Source: an uncultured Bacilli bacterium (lineage in GTDB: Bacteria; Bacillota_I; Bacilli_A; RFN20; CAG-449). Taken from it: a stretch of DNA of 64,000 nt. A program made the position numbers and the translations under genes. The stretch covers positions 17,013 through 81,012 of the forward strand of contig CALVJO010000002.1 of NCBI GenBank assembly GCA_944332225.1. The letters are read 5' to 3'. The number at the start of each line of letters is the position of its first letter. Position 1 is the stretch's first letter. The notes below the pieces were generated by a model. That model was not told the origin of the DNA and did no database searches. It saw only the letters and a list, made by a program, of their open reading frames with translations. This document shows, one piece after another, positions 45,810 through 56,505 of the stretch.

Positions 45810-47279
45810 TTAAATATCTAAATTTCTTGGTTCGTTGACTGATATAACTTTCATGAAGTTCGTGCTCTTAGAACCTGAAGGGTTACTACCAGTTATGATT
45901 AATCTAGTTCCTGGAACAAGCTTTAACTTTCTAGCTTGAAGTAAAGCGATGACTTCCATCTCTTCGATAAATTGAGGTACATGAGGAATTAAAACAGGAT
46001 AGATTCCCCAGCATAGACATGAAGTAAATGCGGCAGTTCTATTGTCAGTAACAAATAGAATTGGACATCTTGGACGAGATTTAGAAATTAATTTAGCTGG
46101 AAGAGGTGAAGATGAGAAACAGATGATTAATTCAGTATCAGTTAAAACTGCAGTTTGGCAGATAGTATTTGCCATAGCAGCATTTATATCTTTAACTTTT
46201 TCGTTTTGATGGGCGGTGATATTAAATTCTTCGCTGGCTAAAGTGTAGTAGTTAAGATATTTTTCCATTCTAGAAGAAATCTTAGCTTGCATAGCAGCAG
46301 CAAGAACTGGATATTCACCATTTGCTGATTCGGCTGAGAGCATCACGCAGTCAGATGATTCAAGAACCGCGTTAGCAACGTCAGAGACTTCAGCTCTAGT
46401 TGGATTAGGATTAGTTTTCATCGAATCGAGCATTTGAGTCGCGGTGATAACTGGTTTTCCAGCGATACGACATTTTTCGATGAGTTCACGTTGAACGACT
46501 GGAACGTCTTCAGCAGGAATCTCGACTCCTAAGTCACCTCTTGCGACCATGATTCCATCGCTGGCTTCAATAATTTCATCGATGTGCTTGAGAGCCATCG
46601 GATTTTCAATCTTAGAGATGATTTGAATATCTGGTCTATTGTTATCTAAAAGGATTTTACGAATCTCATTAACATCGTCAGCTGATCTAACAAATGAAGC
46701 TGCGATGAAATTGAATCTTTGAGAGCAGCCCCAAACTAAATCATCACGATCTTTATCTGAGATAAATGGCATTGATATTTCGGTGTCAGGGCAGTTAACT
46801 CCACGTTTGTTTTTAATCACCATGTGGTTTAATGCTTTAGTGACTAATTCATGATTTTTTTCATCTTTTTCGATTACTTTTAAAGTTAAGTTGCCATCAT
46901 CTAATTTAATTCTATCGCCAACTTTAACATCATCGTATAAACCTGGATAAGTCACAGAGAACTTTTCTTTAGTTCCAAGCATCTCTTTCATAGAGATTCT
47001 AATGATGTCATCGGTAAGAATGGAAACTTTACCGCCTTCGAAATCATGAGTTCTAATCTCAGGCCCTTTGGTGTCAAGGATGACTGGCATGATGATACCA
47101 TCATTGTTTTCTAATTTTTCTGAGATAACTAGTTTTGCCGCGTGCTCATCATGGGTTCCATGAGAAAAATTACAACGCATTGCATTCATTCCAGCATAGT
47201 AAAGTTCTTTACATGTCTCATAAGTATCGGATGAAGGTCCGATTGTACAAATTATTTTAGTTTTTTTGCTAATATTCAT
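45810..47279 (-). CDS. pyk: Pyruvate kinase
   Basis: KTKIICTIGPS, MNAMRCNFSHG, MVARGDLGVEIP and TQMLDSM. Confidence 0.93.
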   Translation of the reverse strand: MNISKKTKIICTIGPSSDTYETCKELYYAGMNAMRCNFSHGTHDEHAAKLVISEKLENNDGIIMPVILDTKGPEIRTHDFEGGKVSILTDDIIRISMKEMLGTKEKFSVTYPGLYDDVKVGDRIKLDDGNLTLKVIEKDEKNHELVTKALNHMVIKNKRGVNCPDTEISMPFISDKDRDDLVWGCSQRFNFIAASFVRSADDVNEIRKILLDNNRPDIQIISKIENPMALKHIDEIIEASDGIMVARGDLGVEIPAEDVPVVQRELIEKCRIAGKPVITATQMLDSMKTNPNPTRAEVSDVANAVLESSDCVMLSAESANGEYPVLAAAMQAKISSRMEKYLNYYTLASEEFNITAHQNEKVKDINAAMANTICQTAVLTDTELIICFSSSPLPAKLISKSRPRCPILFVTDNRTAAFTSCLCWGIYPVLIPHVPQFIEEMEVIALLQARKLKLVPGTRLIITGSNPSGSKSTNFMKVISVNEPRNLDI

Positions 47280-47384
47280 AAATAACTCCCATCAATAATA
47301 GCTTTCACACTTAAAAATATAACACGATAAAACTTTTATTTGAATATTAAAAAGTTTAAAATAAAAAACGGAGTTAAAAAATAG

Positions 47385-48671
47385 ATGAAAAAAGCTTATT
47401 TAAGTAAAAACGACCGGTTTAAGGTTCTTTTAGGCTCGATGCTTGCCTCTTACGACAAGGATATTTTAGTGATGCTTTATCAACCTTTAATCGGGCATGT
47501 CGCTATATCACTTTATTTTACTCTATGGGGAGAATTTAAAAAATCTTCCTATAAAGAGATATTTACTCATGATGAACTCTGCGTCGATATGGGCATCGAT
47601 ATTGATTCTGTTCTCGAAGCTAGACGAAAGCTAGAAGCTATCGGTTTATTAGAAACTTATAAAGAGATTCAACCTTCTAATATTATTCTATATACCTATA
47701 AGATGTTCGCACCTAAATGTCCTAAAGACTTCTTTGATGATATCATCTTAAAAGGTTTATTAGTCTCTAAAATTGGGGAAAAAAGAACTGTTGAATTATC
47801 ACTGATCTTAAATACTAAAGAAGATAATTTGATTAAATCTGAAAATATCACCGCGAAGTTTAAAGATGTCTATGAGTTACCGGATTTATATTCAAGCGAT
47901 GTCAATGTTACTTTACTAGATACAAGGGGAAGAAAATCTTTAGAGATAGCTAAATCGTTTTCTAAAGGTGAATTCATCTCAGAGATTTCATATAGGAATC
48001 ATTTAAATGTTAACTCTTTAACCGATGATGATATTGATGAAGTATCGAGAATAGCAACCCTGTTTGGATTTAACTTATTAACTATCTGCGATTTAGTGGA
48101 ATCACTTTATGATCCTAATAATATTCCTCATTTAGATTATGATTTGCTCTATCAAAGATCTTTAGAGTTCTCAAAGAATGCATCTTTAGTTATCGATTCA
48201 AAGACAAGAGAGCAAAAAAATTATAATTCTAATGATGAGCTATCCTTATTATTAAATTTAATGGAATCAACTTCCCCATTAGAGTATTTAAAATTAAAGC
48301 AAGGGATGACCAATCCTTCACCATCTGATGTTAATATCATAAATATGTTATCTAGAGATTATAAATTGCATAATTCAGTCATTAACGCATTGATCGATTA
48401 CACTTTAAAAACTCAAAATAACACATTACCTAGAGCATATATTGAAAAGGTTGCCTCTTCTTTAAAACGTGAAAATGTTGAGACTGCTTTTGCTACCATA
48501 AACTATTTAGATCGTTCGCGAAGAAGAAAGAAAAAATCAGAAGAGAAAATTAATAAACCTGAAGATAGAGAAATTAATGTAGAAAATAATGATTCTAATA
48601 ACGTAGTTGATATAAATGATGAAGTAGAATCTATGTCTGATGATGAGTTGAAAGCTCTATTGAGGGATTAA
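47385..48671 (+). CDS. dnaB: Replication initiation/membrane attachment protein (Bacillus-type DnaB, DnaD-like domains)
   Basis: 428 aa. The N-terminal YQPLIGHVAISLYFTLW-type wHTH and a C-terminal DnaD-like repeat are present. It lies immediately upstream of dnaI, as in Bacillus. Confidence 0.75.
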   Translation: MKKAYLSKNDRFKVLLGSMLASYDKDILVMLYQPLIGHVAISLYFTLWGEFKKSSYKEIFTHDELCVDMGIDIDSVLEARRKLEAIGLLETYKEIQPSNIILYTYKMFAPKCPKDFFDDIILKGLLVSKIGEKRTVELSLILNTKEDNLIKSENITAKFKDVYELPDLYSSDVNVTLLDTRGRKSLEIAKSFSKGEFISEISYRNHLNVNSLTDDDIDEVSRIATLFGFNLLTICDLVESLYDPNNIPHLDYDLLYQRSLEFSKNASLVIDSKTREQKNYNSNDELSLLLNLMESTSPLEYLKLKQGMTNPSPSDVNIINMLSRDYKLHNSVINALIDYTLKTQNNTLPRAYIEKVASSLKRENVETAFATINYLDRSRRRKKKSEEKINKPEDREINVENNDSNNVVDINDEVESMSDDELKALLRD

Positions 48672-48672
48672 T

Positions 48673-49581
48673 ATGAAACAATTAAAAATTGAAAATATTA
48701 TATTTGAAAAAGATGTTGATCAAATTAAGAGAAAATATCTCGATATGATCGATGATGATGAGGAAATTCAAGCTTTTTTAAAGGAAAACGAAGTTTCTGA
48801 AGAGAATTTATATAATAATTTATCTTATTTAGTTCGTTATTTAGAAGCTAAGAAAAAATGTAAAGACTGCATTTCTTTAGATTCTTGCCCTCTTCAGAGC
48901 AAGGGAATCAAACCTATGTTAGCTATCGATGATTTAGGGCAAATATCTTTAAAGTACTCTCGATGCAAAAATAATTATTTTACTGATAAGTTGTATGAGA
49001 ATTTTATTTTTCATGATTTTGATGACAGCCTTTTAAAATATAATTTAAGCGATGCTTTTGATGAAGATTTCATCCAAGCTAGAAGACCTTTATTAATCTA
49101 TTTAACCAAAATATTCGAGCAAGATTTAATAAAAGGAGCCTATGTTTACGGGGATAGAAAGATTGGAAAATCTTTTATTTTAACGATGTTTTGCAAAAGA
49201 TATATCAATAAAAAATCTAAGAAAGTTGGATTCATTAATTTCCCTGCTTTGGTCGCGGATCTAGTTGATATTTACTATCAATCTAAGGAAGATTTTAACA
49301 CTCTTTTAGATAAGATCATTAATCTTGATTTGGTAGTTTTCGATGATTTTGGTAATGAATACGCGACAGTTTACGCGCGAGACAATATTATTTATCCTTT
49401 ATTAGATGGTAGGGCTAAGAAGAATAAATTAACCATGTTTACTTCTAATTATTCTTTAAGTCAGATTGCTAATATTTATGTGTTAAAAGAAAGAACTCGA
49501 TATAAAGGCGAGCAAATTGCGGAGCTAGTTAGATCTTTAGCTAAAGAGTTTAAGATCGAATCATTACCTTACTTACTATAA
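48673..49581 (+). CDS. dnaI: Primosomal helicase loader DnaI
   Basis: N-terminal Cys-rich region (CKDC...C). The AAA+ core has GDRKIGKSF (Walker A-like) and LVVFDDFGNE (Walker B). Confidence 0.8.
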   Translation: MKQLKIENIIFEKDVDQIKRKYLDMIDDDEEIQAFLKENEVSEENLYNNLSYLVRYLEAKKKCKDCISLDSCPLQSKGIKPMLAIDDLGQISLKYSRCKNNYFTDKLYENFIFHDFDDSLLKYNLSDAFDEDFIQARRPLLIYLTKIFEQDLIKGAYVYGDRKIGKSFILTMFCKRYINKKSKKVGFINFPALVADLVDIYYQSKEDFNTLLDKIINLDLVVFDDFGNEYATVYARDNIIYPLLDGRAKKNKLTMFTSNYSLSQIANIYVLKERTRYKGEQIAELVRSLAKEFKIESLPYLL

Positions 49582-49618
49582 TTTTTAAAATAAAAAATAT
49601 TTTCTCCTATATATCTAT

Positions 49619-50782
49619 ATGAAGAGAAAATATATTTACCAAGCTTTTAAAAATGAATGCGGATTTACCTGCTTAAAGAATTTATTATATTTTTTAAGCG
49701 ATAATGAAGATTATTTATATTTAGCTAATCTTAAAATAGATAAAGAATATACTTTTGAAGATCTAATTATTTTTGCAAAAGATTATAATTTAAATTTAAA
49801 AGGTTTTTATATCGATGATTTAAGCTTTTTAAAGTGTCCTTCCATAGGATTAATTAAGTCTCAAGAATTCTCGCATTATATTTTTATTGAGAAGAGAAGC
49901 AAAGATTATATTTATTTTTTTGATCCTATAATCGGTTATCAAAAGTTGAAGATCGATAGCTTTAAAAAGATTTCTTTAGGTTATTATTTATTAATTGAAA
50001 AACATTCTTTAATAAATCAAAATATTAATAATCCAAAGTTAGAGTTTAACTTTAAAAATTATTATTTATATCAGTTTATTTCATGTTTCATTCAATTTGT
50101 TTTTATTTTTTTGCTATCATTATCTATAGGAAAACTTAATTATCAGTTTTGTCTAATCGTTATTATTTACGGAATATATTTACTCTTAAATAAAGTGATT
50201 TTACTTAAGTTTTCTAATATTTATGATGATAAAATTATCTATAAAGATATTGAAAAAAATGAAAATAATAAATATGTAAATGAATTAATTGAAAACGATT
50301 ATTTATTAAAGCAAGCCTTATTTTCTAATGCCAATAGCTCATTGACTAGTTTTGTTTATATAGGATTTATCTTTTTTATTTTATTAGTTAATAATTTATA
50401 TAATTTTATTCCTTTAATCATTTTGATATTAGGTTCTTATCTTAGACATAATCTATTTAAAATTAAATTACGAAAAGTGAATCAAACGGAAAGTTATTTT
50501 TTAAAGGATAATGATTTATTAAATAAGCAAAAATCTCATGATAAAAAAATATATAAAATTATAAATATCGATAACTATGTATATGGAACGTTGATGTTGA
50601 TAATAGCAGTTATAAATTTAGTTATTTGCTATTACTTAAAATCGACATTATCGTTTATTTATTTTATTTTTCTTGAAAAAATATTTTTAGATAAGCTAGG
50701 AGAAATATATTCTCATCAAGAATTAAAAAAGAAAGCAGATATTCTTAAAGTGAAAAGAAATTCATATCTTAAAAACCAGTGA
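49619..50782 (+). CDS. Peptidase C39-like domain fused to a ~6-TM domain, with no ABC ATPase domain
   Basis: The N-terminus is Q-AFKNE-CGFTCLKNLL (Gln/Cys), FSHYIFIE (His) and FFDPIIG (Asp). Hydrophobic helices follow, and the ORF ends 60 nt before ybeY without Walker motifs. It is very A+T rich and has no SD. Confidence 0.6.
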   Translation: MKRKYIYQAFKNECGFTCLKNLLYFLSDNEDYLYLANLKIDKEYTFEDLIIFAKDYNLNLKGFYIDDLSFLKCPSIGLIKSQEFSHYIFIEKRSKDYIYFFDPIIGYQKLKIDSFKKISLGYYLLIEKHSLINQNINNPKLEFNFKNYYLYQFISCFIQFVFIFLLSLSIGKLNYQFCLIVIIYGIYLLLNKVILLKFSNIYDDKIIYKDIEKNENNKYVNELIENDYLLKQALFSNANSSLTSFVYIGFIFFILLVNNLYNFIPLIILILGSYLRHNLFKIKLRKVNQTESYFLKDNDLLNKQKSHDKKIYKIINIDNYVYGTLMLIIAVINLVICYYLKSTLSFIYFIFLEKIFLDKLGEIYSHQELKKKADILKVKRNSYLKNQ

Positions 50783-50841
50783 AACAATCGATATTTATAG
50801 ATTTAAAAGTTAGATAATTGTAAAATTAAATCGAGGTAATT

Positions 50842-51303
50842 ATGGTTTTAGAGTTAACTTTTGATAATCAAACTAATATTGATTTAATGTCTTATGAAGA
50901 AAAATATCGTCATTTATTTGAGGTGGTTTGCAAACATTTAAATCTTGATGGGATCTTTTTTGTTGAAATTGATATAGTCTCATCTAAGACTATTCAGCAA
51001 ATAAATAAAGAATATCGTAAAATTGATAAAGTCACAGATGTCATTTCTTTTGCTTTTGAAGATAATGATGAGAAGCTTAACTATCAAGATCAGATGAGAG
51101 ATTTAGGAGAAATATTTATCTGTTATGACAAAGCTGTTGAGCAGGCTAAAGAATACGATCATTCTTTAGAAAGAGAAATGATGTTTCTTTGCCTTCATGG
51201 CTTTCTTCATCTCCTAGGATATGATCATATGACCCTTGAGGATGAAAAAGTGATGTTTGCTTTACAAGATGAGATAATGGAAGATATAGGAGTTAAACGA
51301 TAA
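50842..51303 (+). CDS. ybeY: rRNA maturation endoribonuclease YbeY
   Basis: HGFLHLLGYDH zinc motif, 153 aa. Confidence 0.92.
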   Translation: MVLELTFDNQTNIDLMSYEEKYRHLFEVVCKHLNLDGIFFVEIDIVSSKTIQQINKEYRKIDKVTDVISFAFEDNDEKLNYQDQMRDLGEIFICYDKAVEQAKEYDHSLEREMMFLCLHGFLHLLGYDHMTLEDEKVMFALQDEIMEDIGVKR

Positions 51304-51710
51304 TGTTAGAAATAAAAGAAATAATCAATCAAGCGATTAAAGCTAGAGAATTATCATATTCGCCGTATTCAAATTTTAAAGTCGGCGCGGCTATTGAAGT
51401 GAAAGATGGGACGATAATCTTAGGTGCGAATATTGAAAATTGTTCCTATCCTTTATCTATCTGCGCGGAGAGGACCGCTATATTTGAAACCTACCTAAGA
51501 GGTTATAAAAAAGAAGATATACTGCAAATTGCTATAGTTGCTGATTCTAAGGATATAACTACCCCATGCGGGGCATGTAGACAGGTATTAAGCGAATTAT
51601 TTCCTCGCGATAAAAGAATCATCTCTGCTAATTTAAAAGGAGATTTTCTTGTTTCCACGATTGAAGAATTATTGCCTTATAGCTTTTCTAAGGAGAATCT
51701 CGATAAATGA
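51303..51710 (+). CDS. cdd: Cytidine deaminase
   Basis: CAERTAIF and PCGACRQVL zinc motifs, 135 aa. Confidence 0.92.
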   Translation: MLEIKEIINQAIKARELSYSPYSNFKVGAAIEVKDGTIILGANIENCSYPLSICAERTAIFETYLRGYKKEDILQIAIVADSKDITTPCGACRQVLSELFPRDKRIISANLKGDFLVSTIEELLPYSFSKENLDK

Positions 51711-52597
51711 AAAAAGTAGGTTTTGTTGCTGTTGTAGGTAAGACTAATGCTGGAAAATCAACTTTGGTTAATTTGATTGTTAAAAAGAAAGTTTCAATTG
51801 TTACTTCTAAACCTCAAACTACCCGTAATGCGATTCAAGGAATCTATAATGATGAAGATTCTCAAATTATCTTCGTTGACACACCTGGTATCGTAAAGAA
51901 TTTTCAACGCTTAGATTCATATATGAATAAGCAGATCACTAATTCTTTATTAGATCTCGATGCCTTAATCATTTTAGTGGATGCTTCCATACCATTTAAT
52001 GAAGAAAAAGATTTGTTGCTGAAAAAAAGATTTACCAAAGATTGTCCAACTTTCGTAGTATTTAATAAAATTGATTTAACTAACATATTCTTAATTCAAA
52101 ATTTAAAAAATAAATATCAAGAGATGTTTCCTAACGCTAAATTGATCGAAATATCCTGCAAGGATAATTTTAATATCGATTATTTAGTTGATGAAATTAA
52201 AAATGTTCTTAAAGAAGGGTATGATTATTATCCTGAAAATATCTCATCTAATCATCCGATTTCATTTTTGATTGGAGAAATTATCCGCGAGAAGACATTA
52301 ATGCTTTTAAATGAGGAAGTTCCTCACTGCGTCGCGGTTAAAATTGAGCAGTTTAAAAAAATCAATAATGTTTATCATATAGATGCGACCATCTTAGTTG
52401 AAAGATTATCTCAAAAGAAAATTGTCATCGGAAAAAGTGGGCAAATGATCAAGAAAATTGGAATATTAGCAAGAAAAGATATCGAAGAGCTATTAAATAA
52501 GAAGGTTAATTTAACTACTTTTGTCAGAGTGGAAGAAAACTGGAGAAATAGCCTTAATTATCTAAGCGAATTTGGATATAGTTTTAAAGATGAATGA
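51707..52597 (+). CDS. era: GTPase Era
   Basis: GKTNAGKST, DTPG and NKID, with a C-terminal KH domain (GKSGQMIKKIG). Confidence 0.93.
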   Translation: MKKVGFVAVVGKTNAGKSTLVNLIVKKKVSIVTSKPQTTRNAIQGIYNDEDSQIIFVDTPGIVKNFQRLDSYMNKQITNSLLDLDALIILVDASIPFNEEKDLLLKKRFTKDCPTFVVFNKIDLTNIFLIQNLKNKYQEMFPNAKLIEISCKDNFNIDYLVDEIKNVLKEGYDYYPENISSNHPISFLIGEIIREKTLMLLNEEVPHCVAVKIEQFKKINNVYHIDATILVERLSQKKIVIGKSGQMIKKIGILARKDIEELLNKKVNLTTFVRVEENWRNSLNYLSEFGYSFKDE

Positions 52598-53315
52598 TAA
52601 ATTAGTCGTAACTGGATATATAATCAAATCCGTTACCTATTTAGAAAATGACGCGATTGTCACTCTTTTGTCCGCGGATGGATTGTTAACTTTTAAGGCG
52701 CGAGGAGTCAAAAAAATCACCTCAAAATTAGCCCGTTTAATCAATTTATATTCCTATGTTGAGTTAGAGCTTACTAAGACAGGTAAACATTATATTTTAA
52801 CTAATGGCACGGTTATATCCTCGAATTCTCAAATTTATAATTCTTTAGATTCAATGTGCTTATTAGGATTAATTTCTGAATCGATTCTCACATTTTTAAA
52901 TGAGGTAGATATTTCAATATTTATTCTTTTTAATGATTTAATAAAAGCAATAAATGGTGAATTTGATCCTTTTACAATGACTTTAATCTGTCTCAGCAAA
53001 ATATCTTTAAAAGCCGGGTATGGATTAAATGTCGATGAATGCGTTAAATGTTATTCTAAACTTAAAATTGTTTCTAATTCATTTAAGCTAGGCGGTTTTA
53101 TCTGCTTGAATTGTGCAAACGGTGAAGCCCTAGAAAGCGTAGAATATTTAAAGACGGTTCGTTATGTTTTCAAAGTAGATGAAGAAAATTATTTTCATCA
53201 TGTGATAAGTAAAAAATTATCAATTCGTTTAATAAAAGAGATCCTTGAACATCTATCTTATTGTTTTGACTATCCAAAATTAGTTTTTAGTGATATGATT
53301 AATAATTTGTATTAA
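52590..53315 (+). CDS. recO: DNA repair protein RecO
   Basis: Position directly after era, an OB-fold N-terminus, and a CxxC...CxxC zinc motif (CVKC...CLNC). The ATG at 52590 is preferred over the TTG at 52572. Confidence 0.8.
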   Translation: MNDKLVVTGYIIKSVTYLENDAIVTLLSADGLLTFKARGVKKITSKLARLINLYSYVELELTKTGKHYILTNGTVISSNSQIYNSLDSMCLLGLISESILTFLNEVDISIFILFNDLIKAINGEFDPFTMTLICLSKISLKAGYGLNVDECVKCYSKLKIVSNSFKLGGFICLNCANGEALESVEYLKTVRYVFKVDEENYFHHVISKKLSIRLIKEILEHLSYCFDYPKLVFSDMINNLY

Positions 53316-53339
53316 AAAGAAAATAACACTTATAATAGG

Positions 53340-53366
53340 TTGACAATAAAATTAGATTACTATAAT
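53340..53366 (+). promoter_or_regulatory. Putative sigma-A promoter of the glyQS-dnaG-sigA operon
   Basis: Consensus TTGACA (53340-53345) and TATAAT (53361-53366), but with only a 15-nt spacer. Confidence 0.45.
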
Positions 53367-53391
53367 TTTTATAGAAATGTGGAGGAAATAC

Positions 53392-54753
53392 ATGGATAAA
53401 GATTTTAAAGAGATTGTAACTCATTTACAAACGCTTGGATATATTTTTCCTGGCTCGCAAATCTATGGAGGTTTGTCGAATGCTTGGGACTATGGACCTT
53501 TAGGAGTCTTAATTAAAAACAACGTTAAATCATTATGGTGGCAAAAATTTGTCACCGAACAACCTATGAACGTCGGTTTAGACCCAGCAATTATCATGAA
53601 CACGAAAGTTTGGGAAGCGACTGGACATGTTTCTAACTTCAATGATCCGTTGATAGATTGTAAAAAATGTAAATCTCGTCACCGCGCGGATGATTTAATT
53701 GAAGCTCAAGATCACATTTCTTGCGATGGTTGGTCCAATGAACAATTGATGGACTATATTCGTAGTCACGATATTAAATGTCCTGTCTGCGGATCTAAAG
53801 ATTTTACCGACATCAGACAATTCCAATTGATGTTTAAAACTCATATCGGAGTTACTGAAGATGCGAAAAGTGAGGTTTATTTAAGACCAGAGACCGCGCA
53901 GGGAATATTTGTTAATTTCACCAATGTTCAACGTTCTATGAGAAAGAAATTACCTTTCGGTATCTGCGATATCGGTAAAGCATTTAGAAATGAGATCACT
54001 CCGGGTAATTTTACTTTTAGAACTAGAGAGTTTGAGCAGATGGAGATGGAATTCTTTACTCAGCCAGGCGAAGATTTAAAATGGTTTGAATATTGGAAAG
54101 AATATTGTATGAACTTCCTTTATTCTCTTGGTCTTAACAAAGATAATCTTCGTTATCGTGATCATGATAAAGAGGCTCTAGCCTTCTATTCTAAAGCAAC
54201 TACAGATATTGAATATTTATATCCGTTTGGTTGGGGAGAACTTTGGGGAATCGCCGATAGAACCGACTATGATTTAACTAGACATATGGAATATTCAAAG
54301 GAAAATCTAACTTACTTAGACCCATTTACTAATGAAAGATATGTTCCTTACTGCGTTGAACCTTCTTTAGGTGTCGATAGATTAACTTTAGCGATTCTCT
54401 GTGAATCATATGATATTGAGCAACTTGAAAAAGATACAAGAATTGTCATGCATCTTCATCCGGCTTTAGCACCTTATAAAGTTTGTGTTTTACCTTTATC
54501 AAAACAACAAAAAGAGGAAGCGGAAGAAGTCTTAAATCGCTTAGTCAAGGAATTTTCAACTACCTATGATGAAGCCGGGGCCATCGGTAGACGTTATCGA
54601 AGACAAGATCAAATTGGAACTCCTTATTGCTTAACAGTTGATTTTGATTCTAATCATGAAACTTACACCTTAAGAGACCGTGATTCGATGAATCAATTTA
54701 GGGGAACTTTAGACGAAATTATTTCTTACGTAAAAGAGAGAATCAAATTATAG
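53392..54753 (+). CDS. glyQS: Glycine--tRNA ligase (homodimeric class II type)
   Basis: Start at the ATG at 53392, behind GGAGG. IFPGSQIYGGLSNAWDYGPLG, RPETAQGIF and FRNEITPGNFTFRTREFEQME are present. Confidence 0.92.
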   Translation: MDKDFKEIVTHLQTLGYIFPGSQIYGGLSNAWDYGPLGVLIKNNVKSLWWQKFVTEQPMNVGLDPAIIMNTKVWEATGHVSNFNDPLIDCKKCKSRHRADDLIEAQDHISCDGWSNEQLMDYIRSHDIKCPVCGSKDFTDIRQFQLMFKTHIGVTEDAKSEVYLRPETAQGIFVNFTNVQRSMRKKLPFGICDIGKAFRNEITPGNFTFRTREFEQMEMEFFTQPGEDLKWFEYWKEYCMNFLYSLGLNKDNLRYRDHDKEALAFYSKATTDIEYLYPFGWGELWGIADRTDYDLTRHMEYSKENLTYLDPFTNERYVPYCVEPSLGVDRLTLAILCESYDIEQLEKDTRIVMHLHPALAPYKVCVLPLSKQQKEEAEEVLNRLVKEFSTTYDEAGAIGRRYRRQDQIGTPYCLTVDFDSNHETYTLRDRDSMNQFRGTLDEIISYVKERIKL

Positions 54754-56493
54754 ATGATACCAAATGAAATAGTAAATGATATCTTAAAATCCGCGGATAT
54801 CCTAACTGTGATATCTTCTTATTTGAATGTCATAAAAAAAGGGAATAACTACTATGCTTTATGCCCGTTTCATAATGATAAAGATCCTTCATTACAAATT
54901 TCAGTTTCTAAACAAATTTATAAATGTTTCTCCTGCGGAGAAGGTGGTAACGTATTTAATTTCGTAGCTAAATACGAAAATATATCGTATGTTCAAGCAA
55001 TCGTAAAGGTCGCTAGCATAATTGGCTATGAATCGCCTTATTTAACTAAAAGTGTCACAAAAGTTGATCCTGAGCTTTCTAAATCTTGGGATATATTAAA
55101 GCAAGCTAAAGATTTTTACTGTTACGTCATCACCACAGAAGGTGGAAAAGATGGCTTAGATTATTTAAAATCTCGTCATATTGATGAAGAGATGATTAAG
55201 TATTTTTCTTTAGGCTTTGCTCCAGAGAACGGAAGCATTTTAATTAATACTTTAAGAAATAAAGGTTTCTCTCTTGATGATATTGATAAATGTGGCCTAT
55301 TAGTTAGAACTTCTAATTTATTTCTCGATCGTTTTAAAGGCAGGGTTACCTTTCCTTTATTTGATGAATATGGTAATGTAGTTGGCTTTTCAGCGAGAAG
55401 AATTAAAGATTCTGATGAAGCAAAGTTTATTAATTCATCTGCTTCAAAAGTATTTAATAAATCCAGCGTCTTATATAATTATCAAAATGCGATTAAAGAA
55501 GCTAGAAAAGAAAAATATGTCTATGTTGTTGAAGGATTCATGGATGTTATAAGTTTCTATCGCGCGGGAATCAAATCTTGCGTTGCATTGATGGGAACGG
55601 CTTTTACTAATGAGCACGCGAAGATGTTAAAAAGACTAAATGTTGAAGTCAGGATGTCTCTTGACGGCGATGATGCTGGACAGCACGGAATCGTTCAAGC
55701 TATGAAAATCTTAGAAGATAATCATATATCGTATAAGATTGTTAATTATCAAAACGATCTTCGCGATCCTGATGATATCTTCAATCAAGATGGCAAGGAT
55801 TTATTTTTAAAAAGGTTTACCACCTTACAAGAAAAGAATGATTTTCTCTTATCTTACTTTGTAAAAAAACATGATTTGACTTCTCTAGATGGAAAGAAAA
55901 AATTCATCGAAGATTTGCTTGAGAATAAAAAGAATTTTTCTTCTAAAATCGAACGTGAAATCTTTTTAAATGAGGTTAGTAAGTTAACTTCATTGAACCT
56001 GACGGTTTTAGAAGAGAGTTTTAAAAATAACGTGGATGAAAAGGTGTTTTTTAACCCTAAAAAACGTATTAAACAGTATTCTAAGGTAGTTCGATCGGAG
56101 AGAAAACTAATATACTATATGTTACAATCGTATGAGGCGGTTGAATTTATCAAAGAAAGTAACGTTTTCTTCATTCACGACATCTATATGACTATTGCAA
56201 ATTATATCTTTGAATTTAAAGAATCTAATCCAGATATTGAATTAAATCAGCTGATTAACTCAATCAGCATGATAGATTCAAGGGAAGAAATCGTTCAAAC
56301 CTTAATTTCAATTGCTGAAGAAAATAACTTAGAATCACCTTTTAGCAAAGAATCAGCAAATGAATATATCAAAAATTTAGAAGATTGCTTAAAAAAGCAA
56401 CGTATTGAGTCTCAGCTTGAAGAGGCTAAAAAGAATTCAAATGACTTAGAGCAGGCTAAACTTATCGATAGCATGCTTCATAATTTAAAATAG
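54754..56493 (+). CDS. dnaG: DNA primase
   Basis: Zinc ribbon CPFHNDKDPSLQIS...YKCFSCGEGGN and Toprim EGFMDVIS...LDGDDAG. Confidence 0.92.
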   Translation: MIPNEIVNDILKSADILTVISSYLNVIKKGNNYYALCPFHNDKDPSLQISVSKQIYKCFSCGEGGNVFNFVAKYENISYVQAIVKVASIIGYESPYLTKSVTKVDPELSKSWDILKQAKDFYCYVITTEGGKDGLDYLKSRHIDEEMIKYFSLGFAPENGSILINTLRNKGFSLDDIDKCGLLVRTSNLFLDRFKGRVTFPLFDEYGNVVGFSARRIKDSDEAKFINSSASKVFNKSSVLYNYQNAIKEARKEKYVYVVEGFMDVISFYRAGIKSCVALMGTAFTNEHAKMLKRLNVEVRMSLDGDDAGQHGIVQAMKILEDNHISYKIVNYQNDLRDPDDIFNQDGKDLFLKRFTTLQEKNDFLLSYFVKKHDLTSLDGKKKFIEDLLENKKNFSSKIEREIFLNEVSKLTSLNLTVLEESFKNNVDEKVFFNPKKRIKQYSKVVRSERKLIYYMLQSYEAVEFIKESNVFFIHDIYMTIANYIFEFKESNPDIELNQLINSISMIDSREEIVQTLISIAEENNLESPFSKESANEYIKNLEDCLKKQRIESQLEEAKKNSNDLEQAKLIDSMLHNLK

Positions 56494-56505
56494 AAAGGAG
56501 CTATT

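Noticed and set aside
53316-53391. Possible T-box leader upstream of glyQS
   Set aside because: The intergenic region is only 76 nt and is occupied by a promoter and an SD. It has no GGTGGTACC-type T-box sequence or terminator.
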